A stretch of 63,925 nt of DNA, counting the filler, from Octopus bimaculoides (taxonomy: Eukaryota): NCBI RefSeq assembly GCF_001194135.2. It is 5 parts of 5 records of this genome, joined end to end, with 100 filler letters (N's around TTAATTAATTAA, not from the genome) between each part and the next. Parts side by side here need not be neighbours in the genome. Positions count along the whole stretch, not along the records: positions 39,498 to 61,282 come from NC_069008.1; 4 more parts are not named here. The stretch is one strand, 5' to 3'. A model generated the notes under the pieces. The model did no database searches, had not been told where the DNA came from, and saw nothing but the letters and a program-made list of their open reading frames with translations. The position numbers were made by a program, and so were the translations under genes. The number at the start of each line of letters is the position of its first letter. Position 1 is the stretch's first letter. Below are positions 39,700-52,194 of the stretch, piece after piece.

Positions 39700-40060
39700 T
39701 CAAATCGATTGTACGGTGAACTTGAAGACGGAAGACGTTCCATCGGTGGCCAGCACAAGCGCTTTAAAGATCACCTGAAGGCAACGCGCTGAAGAAGTGT
39801 CATATCCCTCCTGGCAGCCTCGAATCAATGGCTGCAGATGACACTAACTGGCGCGACGCAGACTCCAAGATGATCGGCTGCAGAGTGAAGTGGCACGTGC
39901 AGAACACTGGAAGTCAACAGCAGCAAAGCTTTACATGCTCCATCTGCTGACCTATCTCTCTCTCCAGAATCGGACTTCACAGCCATCAAAGGTCACATAA
40001 CTACAAATGGCGTTTGGGAAAAATACTCATCGCTTGATGATGATGATGATGATGATGATC
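39700..40060 (+). mobile_element. RTE-clade LINE 3' end with (GAT)n tail
   Basis: Encodes LYGELEDGRRSIGGQHKRFKDHLKAT...LSRIGLHSHQRSH, followed by (GAT)n. Confidence 0.8.
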
Positions 40061-40366
40061 AATTAAGATCAAAAGCCATGAGAGTCACTGCCCGGTACTG
40101 CATCATTTATTATTATTATTATTATTATTATTTTCTTTTACCTGCACAGTCCTGAATCCGGGTGGAGGCTGCGTTCGGCGTGGGGGATTTATTGGGACAC
40201 AGGTAACAAGCGTTCTTCCCCATTTCTGACTGGTAACTGCCAATGGGACATGGCATGCAGGGTTCGAGACCAGTTTCTGACACGTGACCAGCTTTACACA
40301 AATCTGCAACAAATAAACGACTCAGACAAGAATAGTGATGAGAAAATATTTACATGTGTGTGTGTA

Positions 40367-40404
<38 letters not shown>

Positions 40405-40583
40405 TATCTACACACACATTAATATACATACATATAAATAGACATATAGAGAGATAAATACATACATACATACATACATACATAGACCTACACACAGCCA
40501 TGCGGGCGCGCACGCACACACACATACATACGGTGACAAATATCTCTGCATGTATTTATGTATGCGTATGTCTTTATATCTTG

Positions 40584-40660
<77 letters not shown>

Positions 40661-40909
40661 ATGTATGTATGTATATATACATTATACATTTATATACATA
40701 TACATACATACACATACACACACACATATATATGTGTGTGGGTGTGTGGGTATATATATATATATATATGCTTGCACACATATCGATACAAATATCTATC
40801 AAAATATCTATATAGGCACACACATACACCGATGCACACGAAAAGGTTAGAGTTGTCACATAATAACAGAGAAAAACTATGCGAGGACGTAAAAGTTAAT
40901 CGTAAAAAC

Positions 40910-41071
40910 CTTTGCAATCTTCTTGAAGGCGGCTGCCACGGCTGAGAGTGGACGTTCCATTTTGGCAAAGCAGACAGCTTTTCTGTGCATATTCAGACTG
41001 GTAATGGCCAAGAGGGCAAGTCTCACAGAACTCCAGGCCATCGTGAGAGAATGATCCAGGCAGGCATTGGG
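40910..41071 (-). CDS. SVEP1: SVEP1 exon: GCC2/GCC3 repeat, [54 protein letters not shown]
   Basis: Acceptor catctacag, weak donor gttttt, 162 nt like the other GCC exons. Confidence 0.88.
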
Positions 41072-41105
41072 CTGTAGATGTGCATACAAAGACATAAATA
41101 TATAA

Positions 41106-41168
<63 letters not shown>

Positions 41169-41473
41169 NNNNNNNNNNNNNNNNNNNNNNNNNNNNNNNN
41201 NNNNNNNNNNNNNNNNNNNNNNNNNNNNNNNNNNNNNNNNNNNNNNNNNNNNNNNNNNNNNNNNNNNNNNNNNNNNNNNNNNNNNNNNNNNNNNNNNNNN
41301 NNNNNNNNNNNNNNNNNNNNNNNNNNNNNNNNNNNNNNNNNNNNNNNNNNNNNNNNNNNNNNNNNNNNNNNNNNNNNNNNNNNCATACACATACACATAC
41401 ACATATATATATATATAATTTTAATAGTATAAATAATACATATATGCATATATGTACATACTTACATGTATAC

Positions 41474-41518
<45 letters not shown>

Positions 41519-43412
41519 TATACATATATATCTATTCGAAAATAATTTTGGCGAAGAAAGCAGTGTTGTACCAAAAAGCTTTCTTTATATTCAACATAAG
41601 ATGGACATTTTGTTAGAATTCCGAATACTATGGCATTAACTTTGAGTGGTCCTCTCATATAATCCCATGGTGTATAAAATCTCAGACATAAATCGTAGCA
41701 ATAAGAATCATCTGTTATGGGCACCATAACTGTCAGATCATGTAATTTCAGTTTATTGAACTCCCTCATTTGCATCTGGTGATCACATACCTACCAAATC
41801 TTGTTGCCACGAAATGCAGAATTTCAATGTATTTTCTGGAATTAATGTCGCAAATTGTTGGCTGGTGGTTCCGGTGCCTATAACAAAAGATCCCCGTCTG
41901 CTAGGATTTACGCATCGTGCGTCCACACGAGAGGAACTCTCAAGATTAATACCGCAGTGTTTGGCACAGAAACAGAACGTCCATCTTAAGTGCACTATAA
42001 AGAATATTTGAATAATTTTTTTAAACAGTGTGTACCTTTTAAGAAAATATATGAAATATTTTCTGTAAAACCTTTAGTGTATATATATATACATACATAC
42101 ATACATACCTTGGCATTCTTTTACTGTTTTGGAATGGTCTGACAAGGTGGACGTCTTCTCGGGACACACGTTGCACGTGACCATTCCTTCCTGTTGTTGG
42201 TAAGTCCCTTGTTGGCAGCTCTGGCATTTCTTGGACACAACATTGAAGAAAGTTCCAACGGGGCATAAGACTGCAGAAAGGGGCGAGAGAAGCAGAGAGA
42301 GACTGAGAGAGAGTTTGTGTGTGAAAGAGAGAGTGAGATAGAAAAAGAGAAAGAAAGAGATGGAGCTTTAAGAATTTAACCAAAAATATGACACGCACCT
42401 ATACAGAAAGACAGAGAGACATAAATGTAGATAGACACATGCCTACCTTACAGATGTACCATTTACTCCCAATGCCACAACCTTGTACTCACCACATCGA
42501 CCATTAACGAGTACACTGCCTGCTTTACAGCAGAATGTTGCCGAGTTCAAATCATAGGACATATTGGTGTAGGAGAGACCCAGGTCTGCGCTGATATTTC
42601 TCACATCAACAGACAATTGGTCAAGGATCATCTTCATGTTCATTTTCACCTCGTCGTTCCACATGGAAATATTATTGGTGATGTTCACATCTTCAGAGAT
42701 CTTTCCTGGAAAACATTGGAAGAAATAAAATACGAAGGAGTGCTGTAAAGTTCTTAGCTTCAAGGGTGCCATGAAAAGCCTGCTTCGACGCCCAATATTC
42801 TTAGCTCTTTTTACAAGGCTTAGAAAAACTTAAGAGCCACTGCAATAAGCGTATGAATCTGGTGTACATGTGTGCGTGTTTGTAGTCTGCGCACATACGT
42901 AATGTATATATAAATATATATATATATATTCATTTATATATATATATATATATATAAAAACAGGACAAACCTCAAACCCTAGTCAGAAGCAAGACAGCTG
43001 CGTAAGAAGCCACGACTTTCTATTTGAACTTTTTGAAAATCAGTGTAAACTGAAACCGGCTAAAACTTTAAGTATCTTAATAAAACATATTTTAACTTTT
43101 CTCGGTACATTTTCAGCTTCTACTTTTCTATAAATATACATGTAGTATATCTATATATGTATTTCGATGATCCTATGCGTATGTGGTTATATGTATGTAT
43201 ATTTGTGTTGGGAGTAACATAAATTTTAATACCTTCTATATTTAAGTGGAACATAATTCGACTCAGCTTGTTTGTGGAATGTCGTTTCACGCGAACACTG
43301 ACCGGAAATTGATGCTGATGTGCTTCTGACCAATCAGGACTACGTTTGGTCCGACTTGCTGACAGTTGTATCTTGTTGAAGTCTTCAACTGGGAGGGAAA
43401 ACAGGTGAAGAA

Positions 43413-43445
<33 letters not shown>

Positions 43446-44127
43446 CCTTTCTACTATAGGCACAAGGCCTAAAGTTTGTGGGGAGGAGACTAGTCGATTA
43501 CATCGACCCCAGTGTTTCACTGGTACTTAATTTATCGACTCCGAAAAGATGAAAGGCGAAGTCGACCTCGGCAGAATTTGAACTCAGAACGTAGGCTTTT
43601 AAAATATCTCTGAGCACAGTGAGGCATTTGCTGCACACAAACACAAAGCATGTGTGTGTTCATGTGCATGTGTGTGTGTGTGCATGTGTGTGTGTGTGTG
43701 TGTGTTCATGTCCGTGTGTGTGTGTGTGTGTGTGCATGTGTGTGTGTGTGTGCGTATAAGTGATATGTCTTTGCGTTTGTATCTGTCTCCCGTCAATCTT
43801 CGACAACCGGTGCTGGTTTGTTTACATCCTTGTAACTCAGCAGTTTCGCAAAAGAACCGATAGAATAAGTACCAGGCTTTATCAAGTAAAAACAAAAGCA
43901 AATTCCTGGAGCTGATTTGCGTGATAAAAACCCTTCGGGGACGTGCTCCAGCATGGCCACAGTCCAATAACTGAAACAACTAAAACACACCCACCCACAA
44001 ACAGGTGCATGCAGAGATACTCACGCCTTGCATCCTCACAAGTTCTGGCCACATTTTCAACTTCACACTCCATGTTGTCTGTACACATACCGTTTACCTG
44101 TCAAATACAATATATTTTATTATATTT

Positions 44128-44182
<55 letters not shown>

Positions 44183-44357
44183 TGCTGATATAACATCATA
44201 TTATACATATATACATAGTTTTAGGGAAAAGAACCAAGGTTCATGAACTCATCAATGGAAATCCACCATCGCTGTGAAACTTTATTTAATTTTAATTTTT
44301 AATAAAATGATTTTAATTGAGTTTTTACCTGTAATTTTGGATTTTATCCCTAATATT

Positions 44358-44395
<38 letters not shown>

Positions 44396-45810
44396 TATAG
44401 GGTCTTGCACTTTGAGTAATCTGGTCTCGGCGGGACGTGTGGGTTCAGAGGTTGGAGGTTTTGAAACGGTTGTGTCCGTATGTGCTTATGTTGATGTAAG
44501 AATTTAAGAATTTACCAGAAAGAAGCCAAGATGGTGATATTGAAAAAATAATCAATGGAGTCTAGATTGTAACACTGAAATGGAGATTTGCGGATTAAAG
44601 TGGGACATGTGAATGTCATGGAGTCGTTTGCCTCTTGACCACTTGTGAGATACAGTGACGGACCCAGGATGGCACAACACCGCCGCTATTAACAACTAGT
44701 AACGACAACACACTCACACGTGCATACATGGTACGTACCAGCTGTGTCACTCGGTGTTTAAAGTTGTCCTCGATTCGGTTCAACGTCCTCGCTTCGTCGC
44801 ATAACACATTCCCCAAGAAAGTTAACCGCGCTGGTTGGATGACGTCATTTGAAACCTGTTCGACTGCAGGAGAAGGAGGAGGAGGAGGAGAAAGTGAAGA
44901 CGATGTTGAAGAGGGGTTGTTGATAATGGTGATAGTGATGATAATGATGGTGGTGGTGATGATGGTAATCACACACACACACACAGGCACACATACACAC
45001 AGACTCCCCAACACACGCAGACTTCCAAACTCATACGCACACACACACACTCACTGACACACATACACACACGCACGCAAATATCTTAAACTTATCACAT
45101 TTATCATATTTCTGTATATTTCAGGGTAGCAGAGGCAAAAAGAGAAAGAAAGGGACAAAAAAAAAAATCAAGAACAACAGTCAGAGACAGACGGACAGAC
45201 AGACAGACAGAGGAACAGAGACAGACAAACAGACATAGAGAGGCATATAGATAGACAGATAGACAGACAGAGAGACACTGACAGACATAGACAGAAAGAC
45301 AGGCAGGCAGGCAGACTGACAGACAAAGACAGACATAGAGACAACACAGACAGATAGACAGACAGACAAATAGACAAGCAGACAGACTGAGACAGACAGA
45401 CACAAACAGACAGATGGACAGACGGACGGACAGTCACAGACTGACAGATGATGAGAGAGAGAAAAGCAAATAGACTGACAGGCTGACGACAGTAAGGGGC
45501 AGGGAGACAGACGAAGGAAGAGCAGGAGTTAATCTGACCTATGTTTCTTACCTGAACAGTCCGGGAATGGTAAGTGGCTCTTTGGTGTCCATTCGTAGTC
45601 TTCGAAGCTACAGAAATATTCTTCAGCGGGTGTCAAGGCGAACGCGTACCCTTCCATACAGGTGAGGGTACAGTGTACCCCAGCTTCGCCTCTGTGGCAG
45701 TCTCTCATGCCATTCCTGGGGCCAAGTGGTATGGTGCAACGGTGTTCTGTCATTACAGAAGATAACAGATAAAAAAATCACAGAACCCACCCTCTCTCTC
45801 TCCTTCTCTT

Positions 45811-45848
<38 letters not shown>

Positions 45849-45856
45849 CTTCTCTT

Positions 45857-45919
<63 letters not shown>

Positions 45920-46227
45920 GTATATATACGTGTGAATAAATATGCGAGGTGGGTCTGAAAAGTTCTTGGCTTTAAGGGTATCGTGAAAAACCTGGTTGGA
46001 GGCCCTACTTTGCGAGTTCTTTTTAAAGGGCTTAGAAAAACTGAAGGACCACTTCAATAAGTGTGTGACTCTGAGAGGGGAAGATGTTCCATGAATTCAT
46101 AATTAACTGATATTGGTGGGGGGGGGGGTATAAGCATGCTAAGGCAGACACTGGAATTTCATGCAGTCCTCCAATACGCTAGCTGTTGTCTAACCCATGC
46201 CATTATGGAAAACAGACATTACATGAC

Positions 46228-46258
<31 letters not shown>

Positions 46259-47965
46259 CAAAACGAGTGAAAGCAAAGATTGAAGACTTTCAGACGATGA
46301 ATATTTAAGTAGAATATATATTTACTCCTTTGAACTTCTTTCTGCATCTTGATCTGAAATGTAGACCTTTTCTATCCTGATGGCGGAAGCTCGATTTATC
46401 CAATGTCGATTGTTTCCATTTACCGCCTTTATTCTGTGACGAACAACATTTACCAACTTTAGGACGGAACTCCGAGACGCTAAAAACAGCTGTTGGACTT
46501 ATGACACCCTTTCACGTTTTTACTCTGTTTCCGTCTACCAAATCTACTCACAAGGCTTTGGTCGGCCCGAGGCTATTGTAGAAGACACTTGCCCAGGGTG
46601 TCGCGCAGTGGAACTGAACCCGGAACCATGTGGCTGGGAAGCAAACTTCTTACCACACAGCCGCTCCTGCGCCTATATAATATTAATACGCTAATTTGTT
46701 TTGTTTTTTTAATGTACCTGATGCGTGTATCACGCTTAAGAGAAAGAAATTGTTGAAAGAAATTTTGTTGTTTAAATAAAAAGTGTCAACTAGATCTCTT
46801 GTAATTTCTGGAAGAGACTTGAAACCGCCTCTTGTGTGTTGTATTACTACTTCTCAACAGCAATGCCTATTGGGCCACCGAAGCAGCAACATATACGAGT
46901 TTCAGTTACACAAGATCTTGATTATGTCGAGAACGGTGAAAACTTTATGAAAACGGTCATAACGGGTGATGAATCGTGGGTCGATGGTTATGTCCCCGAT
47001 ACAAAGGCTCGGTCTTCGAAGTGGAAGACCCTCAACTTCTCTGAGACTGAAGGAATATGAAGACACTGTTGACCGTTTTCTTCGACTACAAGGGGATTGT
47101 TCATCATAAGTATGTTCCACCTGGTCAGACAGTAAACAAGGGGTACTACCGTTACGTTTTGCGGCCTTTGCGGGATGCTATTCGTCGGAAAAGGCCACAG
47201 TGGCATGCGTCCAGTGAGTGGCAATTGTACCATGACAACGCACCTACCCATTCAGTGCAGACTGTGCAACGTTTTTTGGCTAGGCACAGCATTTCTCAGG
47301 TGCGGCACCCACCATATTCCCCAGATCTCGCCCCTCGTGACTTTTTCCTCTTTCCAAAAATCAAATCCTGCTTGAAAGGAAAGAGATTTCAGAATGTCGA
47401 GGAAATCAAAGTGAGTGNNNNNNNNNNNNNNNNNNNNNNNNNNNNNNNNNNNNNNNNNNNNNNNNNNNNNNNNNNNNNNNNNNNNNNNNNNNNNNNNNNN
47501 NNNNNNNNNNNNNNNNNNNNNNNNNNNNNNNNNNNNNNNNNNNNNNNNNNNNNNNNNNNNNNNNNNNNNNNNNNNNNNNNNNNNNNNNNNNNNNNNNNNN
47601 NNNNNNNNNNNNNNNNNNNNNNNNNNNNNNNNNNNNNNNNNNNNNNNNNNNNNNNNNNNNNNNNNNNNNNNNNNNNNNNNNNAAAAAAAACGAAACATGA
47701 TAATGTAAATTAATTAAAACACCCAATTTTTTTAAAAAGTGGCATTTTCATTTTTATTTATCTTCAATATCTACTTACTCGTGTGGTACGTTTACAAATC
47801 TTTTCAAATATATATATATATATAGAAATTCTTATTGCTACCAGTGGCCTAGTGAGAAGAAAAACTAGTCAATAGAGTTTTAGAGATTTGACTGCTCTTT
47901 CTAGCTGGTTAGATGTACTATTATGGACATCTCTTATGTGTTTAAATGTACACTGTATGTATTTG

Positions 47966-48006
<41 letters not shown>

Positions 48007-51000
48007 TACACACACACACACACATATATATAGTAAAAGGAGGGATATGAACACCCCGGCAGATAACGCGTTACTCTATGTAAAGTGCCAATGTTGGTTT
48101 CTTCTGATGGTCCGTTCTAAGGTATATTCTTTTCTACTATAAACCACAAGGCCCGAAATTTTGGGGATGGGGACCACCCGATTAGATCGACCCCAGTACG
48201 GAACTGGTACTTAATTTATCGACTCCGAAAGAATGAAGGGCAAAGTCGAGCTCGGCGAAATTTGAACTCAAAACATAAAGACAAAGAAAATATCGCCAAG
48301 CCTTTTGCCCGGCGGGCTAACGTTTCTGCCCAGCGGGCCAACGTTTCTGCCCGGCGGGCCAACGTTTCTGCCCGGCGGGCCAACGTTTCTNNNNNNNNNN
48401 GGCCAACGTTTCTGCCCGGCGGGCCAACGTTTCTGCCCGGCGGGCCAACGTTTCTGCCAGGCGGGCCAACGTTTCTGCCAGGCGGGCTAACGTTTCTGCC
48501 CGGCGGGCCAACGTTTCTGCCTGCTCGTTGCCTTCATTCTAAGTTGTATTTCCTGAAAACTACCATCAGACGTTGTGGTTTATTCCCTGGCTACTTAGAG
48601 TGTAAAACCACTCTACCGATAATAAAGAAACCGAAGCATTTGAACATCCAGACTTTCCGCTTGGTTTATTCATAGTAATTGTATGATCGTACAAATTATG
48701 CATAAATTCCTGCATATAAATGTGCAGCAATTTGCAATTGATAGGATCGAAACACGTGCCTTACAATTTATTTCTTTATGCGCCCTTTTAAATCCTAGCC
48801 AGGCTCATGGGCCCGGTTTCCCGGTTTCTATGGCGTATGTGTTCCCCATAGCTGGACGGGATGTCAGTCCATCGCAGCGTTACTCAAAAAACAAGAAGAA
48901 AGAGTGAGAGAAAATTGGGACGAAAGAGTACAACAGGGGTCGCCACCACCCCCTGCCGGAGTCTCGTGGAGCTTTAGGTGTTTTCGTTCAATAAACACAC
49001 ACAACGGCTGGTCTGGGAATAGAAACCACGATCCTCCGACCACGAGTCCAGTGCCCTAACCACTGGGCCATTGCGCCTCCACTGCCTTACAATTACTATG
49101 AATAAACCAAGCGGCAAGTCTCGATGTTCAAATTCTTAGTTTTCTTGTTATTATTTGTGTATNNNNNNNNNNNNNNNNNNNNNNNNNNNNNNNNNNNNNN
49201 NNNNNNNNNNNNNNNNNNNNNNNNNNNNNNNNNNNNNNNNNNNNNNNNNNNNNNNNNNNNNNNNNNNNNNNNNNNNNNNNNNNNNNNNNNNNNNNNNNNN
49301 NNNNNNNNNNNNNNNNNNNNNNNNNNNNNNNNNNNNNNNNNNNNNNNNNNNNNNNNNNNNNNNNNNNNNNNNNNNNNNNNNNNNNNNNNNNNNNNNNNNN
49401 NNNNNNNNNNNNNNNNNNNNNNNNNNNNNNNNNNNNNNNNNNNGTTTCCTTCCTTTTCCATGCAATTGGTCCAGCGGTCCACAAGCTTGCATATTCCCTC
49501 CAAGAGTAAGGTTTTCAGTTGGTCGTGCCACCATTTATACACCTGCACCTCTTCATCCGTAGGAAATCAACATTCTAGACCATCTTTGAGCGGTCCAAAG
49601 ATATGATAGTCGGAAGGGATGAGATCTGGGTTGTATGCAGGGCATTCCAACATATCAAAACCGAATTGGTTAATGGTTTTAACGATCTGGGCGGCCGTGT
49701 GTAGGCGTGCATTGTTATGCAACAACAGAACTTTCTTCGACAATAAACTTCGGCGTTTGGTGCGAATTGCTGGCCTCAGTTTGTTGGCCAGCAAAGCACT
49801 GTATCTTGCACTGTTGATCGTACACTCCTCTTCCATTTAGTATTCCATTATAGGTCCTTTTGGGAAGATTGGGTATAATACACATAAGACTAGTGAGACC
49901 AGCTCTTCGCTCCCTCCTGCTGTGTCGAACCCTAGTAATGGGAGAAGGAGAAATGCGGATGTGGGAAACCTAACAAGGACTGTTGCTGGTAGTCAAAATA
50001 AGATTAGGGTGGCCCAGATAAATTTTGCAATTGTAGGAACCCTCAAATGCGTTGTCAGGGATGAGAACAATTCAAATAAGTTCTATATAGGAAGTACGAT
50101 AGATTTCAAAGCAAGATATAGAGCACATTTGAGTTCATTTTCAAATGAAAAGTATTGCAACTCCACAATTCTCGCATCCTATGTATACGACCTTAAGAAG
50201 AAAAATAAGAAATACTCTCTTGAATGGTCGATTGTATCGAGAGCCCCTTATTTTAGAGCAAATATTAGCAAATGTCTATTGTGTATTACGGAATCCCTCG
50301 CTATACTTAAGTTGTTTGGGCCGAAAACTTTAAATAAATTCACTGAAGTGATCCCCTTCTGCAATCATAGGTTTTCCTCCACTTTCTTGAAAGTATATAG
50401 AAATATAAATAAGATTATTTGTTTGCGTTAGGGTGATTTGAAACCTGGAGGATTACGTTATTTACTACAGCCAATTTGAATTTTTTTTTTTTTATTCGTG
50501 ACGTGGACTAGGTTTTCCCGCTTGACTATATAAGCCTGTCATATGAAAAAAATAGTTTCTTTTGCATGTCCTGATGTTTGTTAGTAATTGTTACCCCGAG
50601 GAGGACGTCATCACCGGATTGCACTATGACGTGTATGGACTACGGTGGTGAACCCTTGAAATGGCCGTAGGTGCTTGTGTGTGTTTTGACCTATGTTTTT
50701 GAGCAGTGGTTTTTATGAACTTTTGTAAGTTTGGTGGGGTGGGCAGGGACGGATTTTACCTCTGGAAGTCTGCTGTTATTACGTGTACCTAGAGGTAAGT
50801 ACAGGGCTTTCTAATATAACTTTAAATGATGTTAAATTATTTTAAAGGTTTTTGTCATTTTACAGTTTTGTCATCAGATATAGTATTTTAACCGATGGAC
50901 TATTATACTATTTTATTTTACTTCATTTCATCTTCTTCTATTTTGCTTTACTTGTCTATTTTGAATTTTTAATCTCTTAATTTTATTCGAATTGAAATAA

Positions 51001-52147
51001 TAAAAAGATGTATATAATTATTGCGTTATATTTTTAACTCAAATTTGATTTATTTGTATAAGTAGAAAAAAAAATGGATCTTTTTTAAAACGGGGGCCAC
51101 ATTTTTCATTAACGAAACACTTTGAAACTTGGAACACTGGTAGAATGTGTCATATAAAACATCTTTTTCTCTTNNNNNNNNNNNNNNNNNNNNNNNNNNN
51201 NNNNNNNNNNNNNNNNNNNNNNNNNNNNNNNNNNNNNNNNNNNNNNNNNNNNNNNNNNNNNNNNNNNNNNNNNNNNNNNNNNNNNNNNNNNNNNNNNNNN
51301 NNNNNNNNNNNNNNNNNNNNNNNNNNNNNNNNNNNNNNNNNNNNNNNNNNNNNNNNNNNNNNNNNNNNNNNNNNNNNNNNNNNNNNNNNNNNNNNNNNNN
51401 NNNNNNNNNNNNNNNNNNNNNNNNNNNNNNNNNNNNNNNNNNNNNNNNNNNNNNNNNNNNNNNNNNNNNNNNNNNNNNNNNNNNNNNNNNNNNNNNNNNN
51501 NNNNNNNNNNNNNNNNNNNNNNNNNNNNNNNNNNNNNNNNNNNNNNNNNNNNNNNNNNNNNNNNNNNNNNNNNNNNNNNNNNNNNNNNNNNNNNNNNNNN
51601 NNNNNNNNNNNNNNNNNNNNNNNNNNNNNNNNNNNNNNNNNNNNNNNNNNNNNNNNNNNNNNNNNNNNNNNNNNNNNNNNNNNNNNNNNNNNNNNNNNNN
51701 NNNNNNNNNNNNNNNNNNNNNNNNNNNNNNNNNNNNNNNNNNNNNNNNNNNNNNNNNNNNNNNNNNNNNNNNNNNNNNNNNNNNNNNNNNNNNNNNNNNN
51801 NNNNNNNNNNNNNNNNNNNNNNNNNNNNNNNNNNNNNNNNNNNNNNNNNNNNNNNNNNNNNNNNNNNNNNNNNNNNNNNNNNNNNNNNNNNNNNNNNNNN
51901 NNNNNNNNNNNNNNNNNNNNNNNNNNNNNNNNNNNNNNNNNNNNNNNNNNNNNNNNNNNNNNNNNNNNNNNNNNNNNNNNNNNNNNNNNNNNNNNNNNNN
52001 NNNNNNNNNNNNNNNNNNNNNNNNNNNNNNNNNNNNNNNNNNNNNNNNNNNNNNNNNNNNNNNNNNNNNNNNNNNNNNNNNNNNNNNNNNNNNNNNNNNN
52101 NNNNNNNNNNNNNNNNNNNNNNNNNNNNNNNNNNNNNNNNNNNNNNN

Positions 52148-52194
<47 letters not shown>

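Noticed and set aside
48306-48523. Regular short repeats as a possible CRISPR array (also 26455-26530)
   Set aside because: There are no unique spacers and no cas genes, and the context is eukaryotic.
50636-50670. Hairpin ctacgg-tggtga-acccttgaaatgg-ccgtag downstream of the GIY-YIG ORF as a hammerhead
   Set aside because: The core deviates at two positions and no stem II or III can form.
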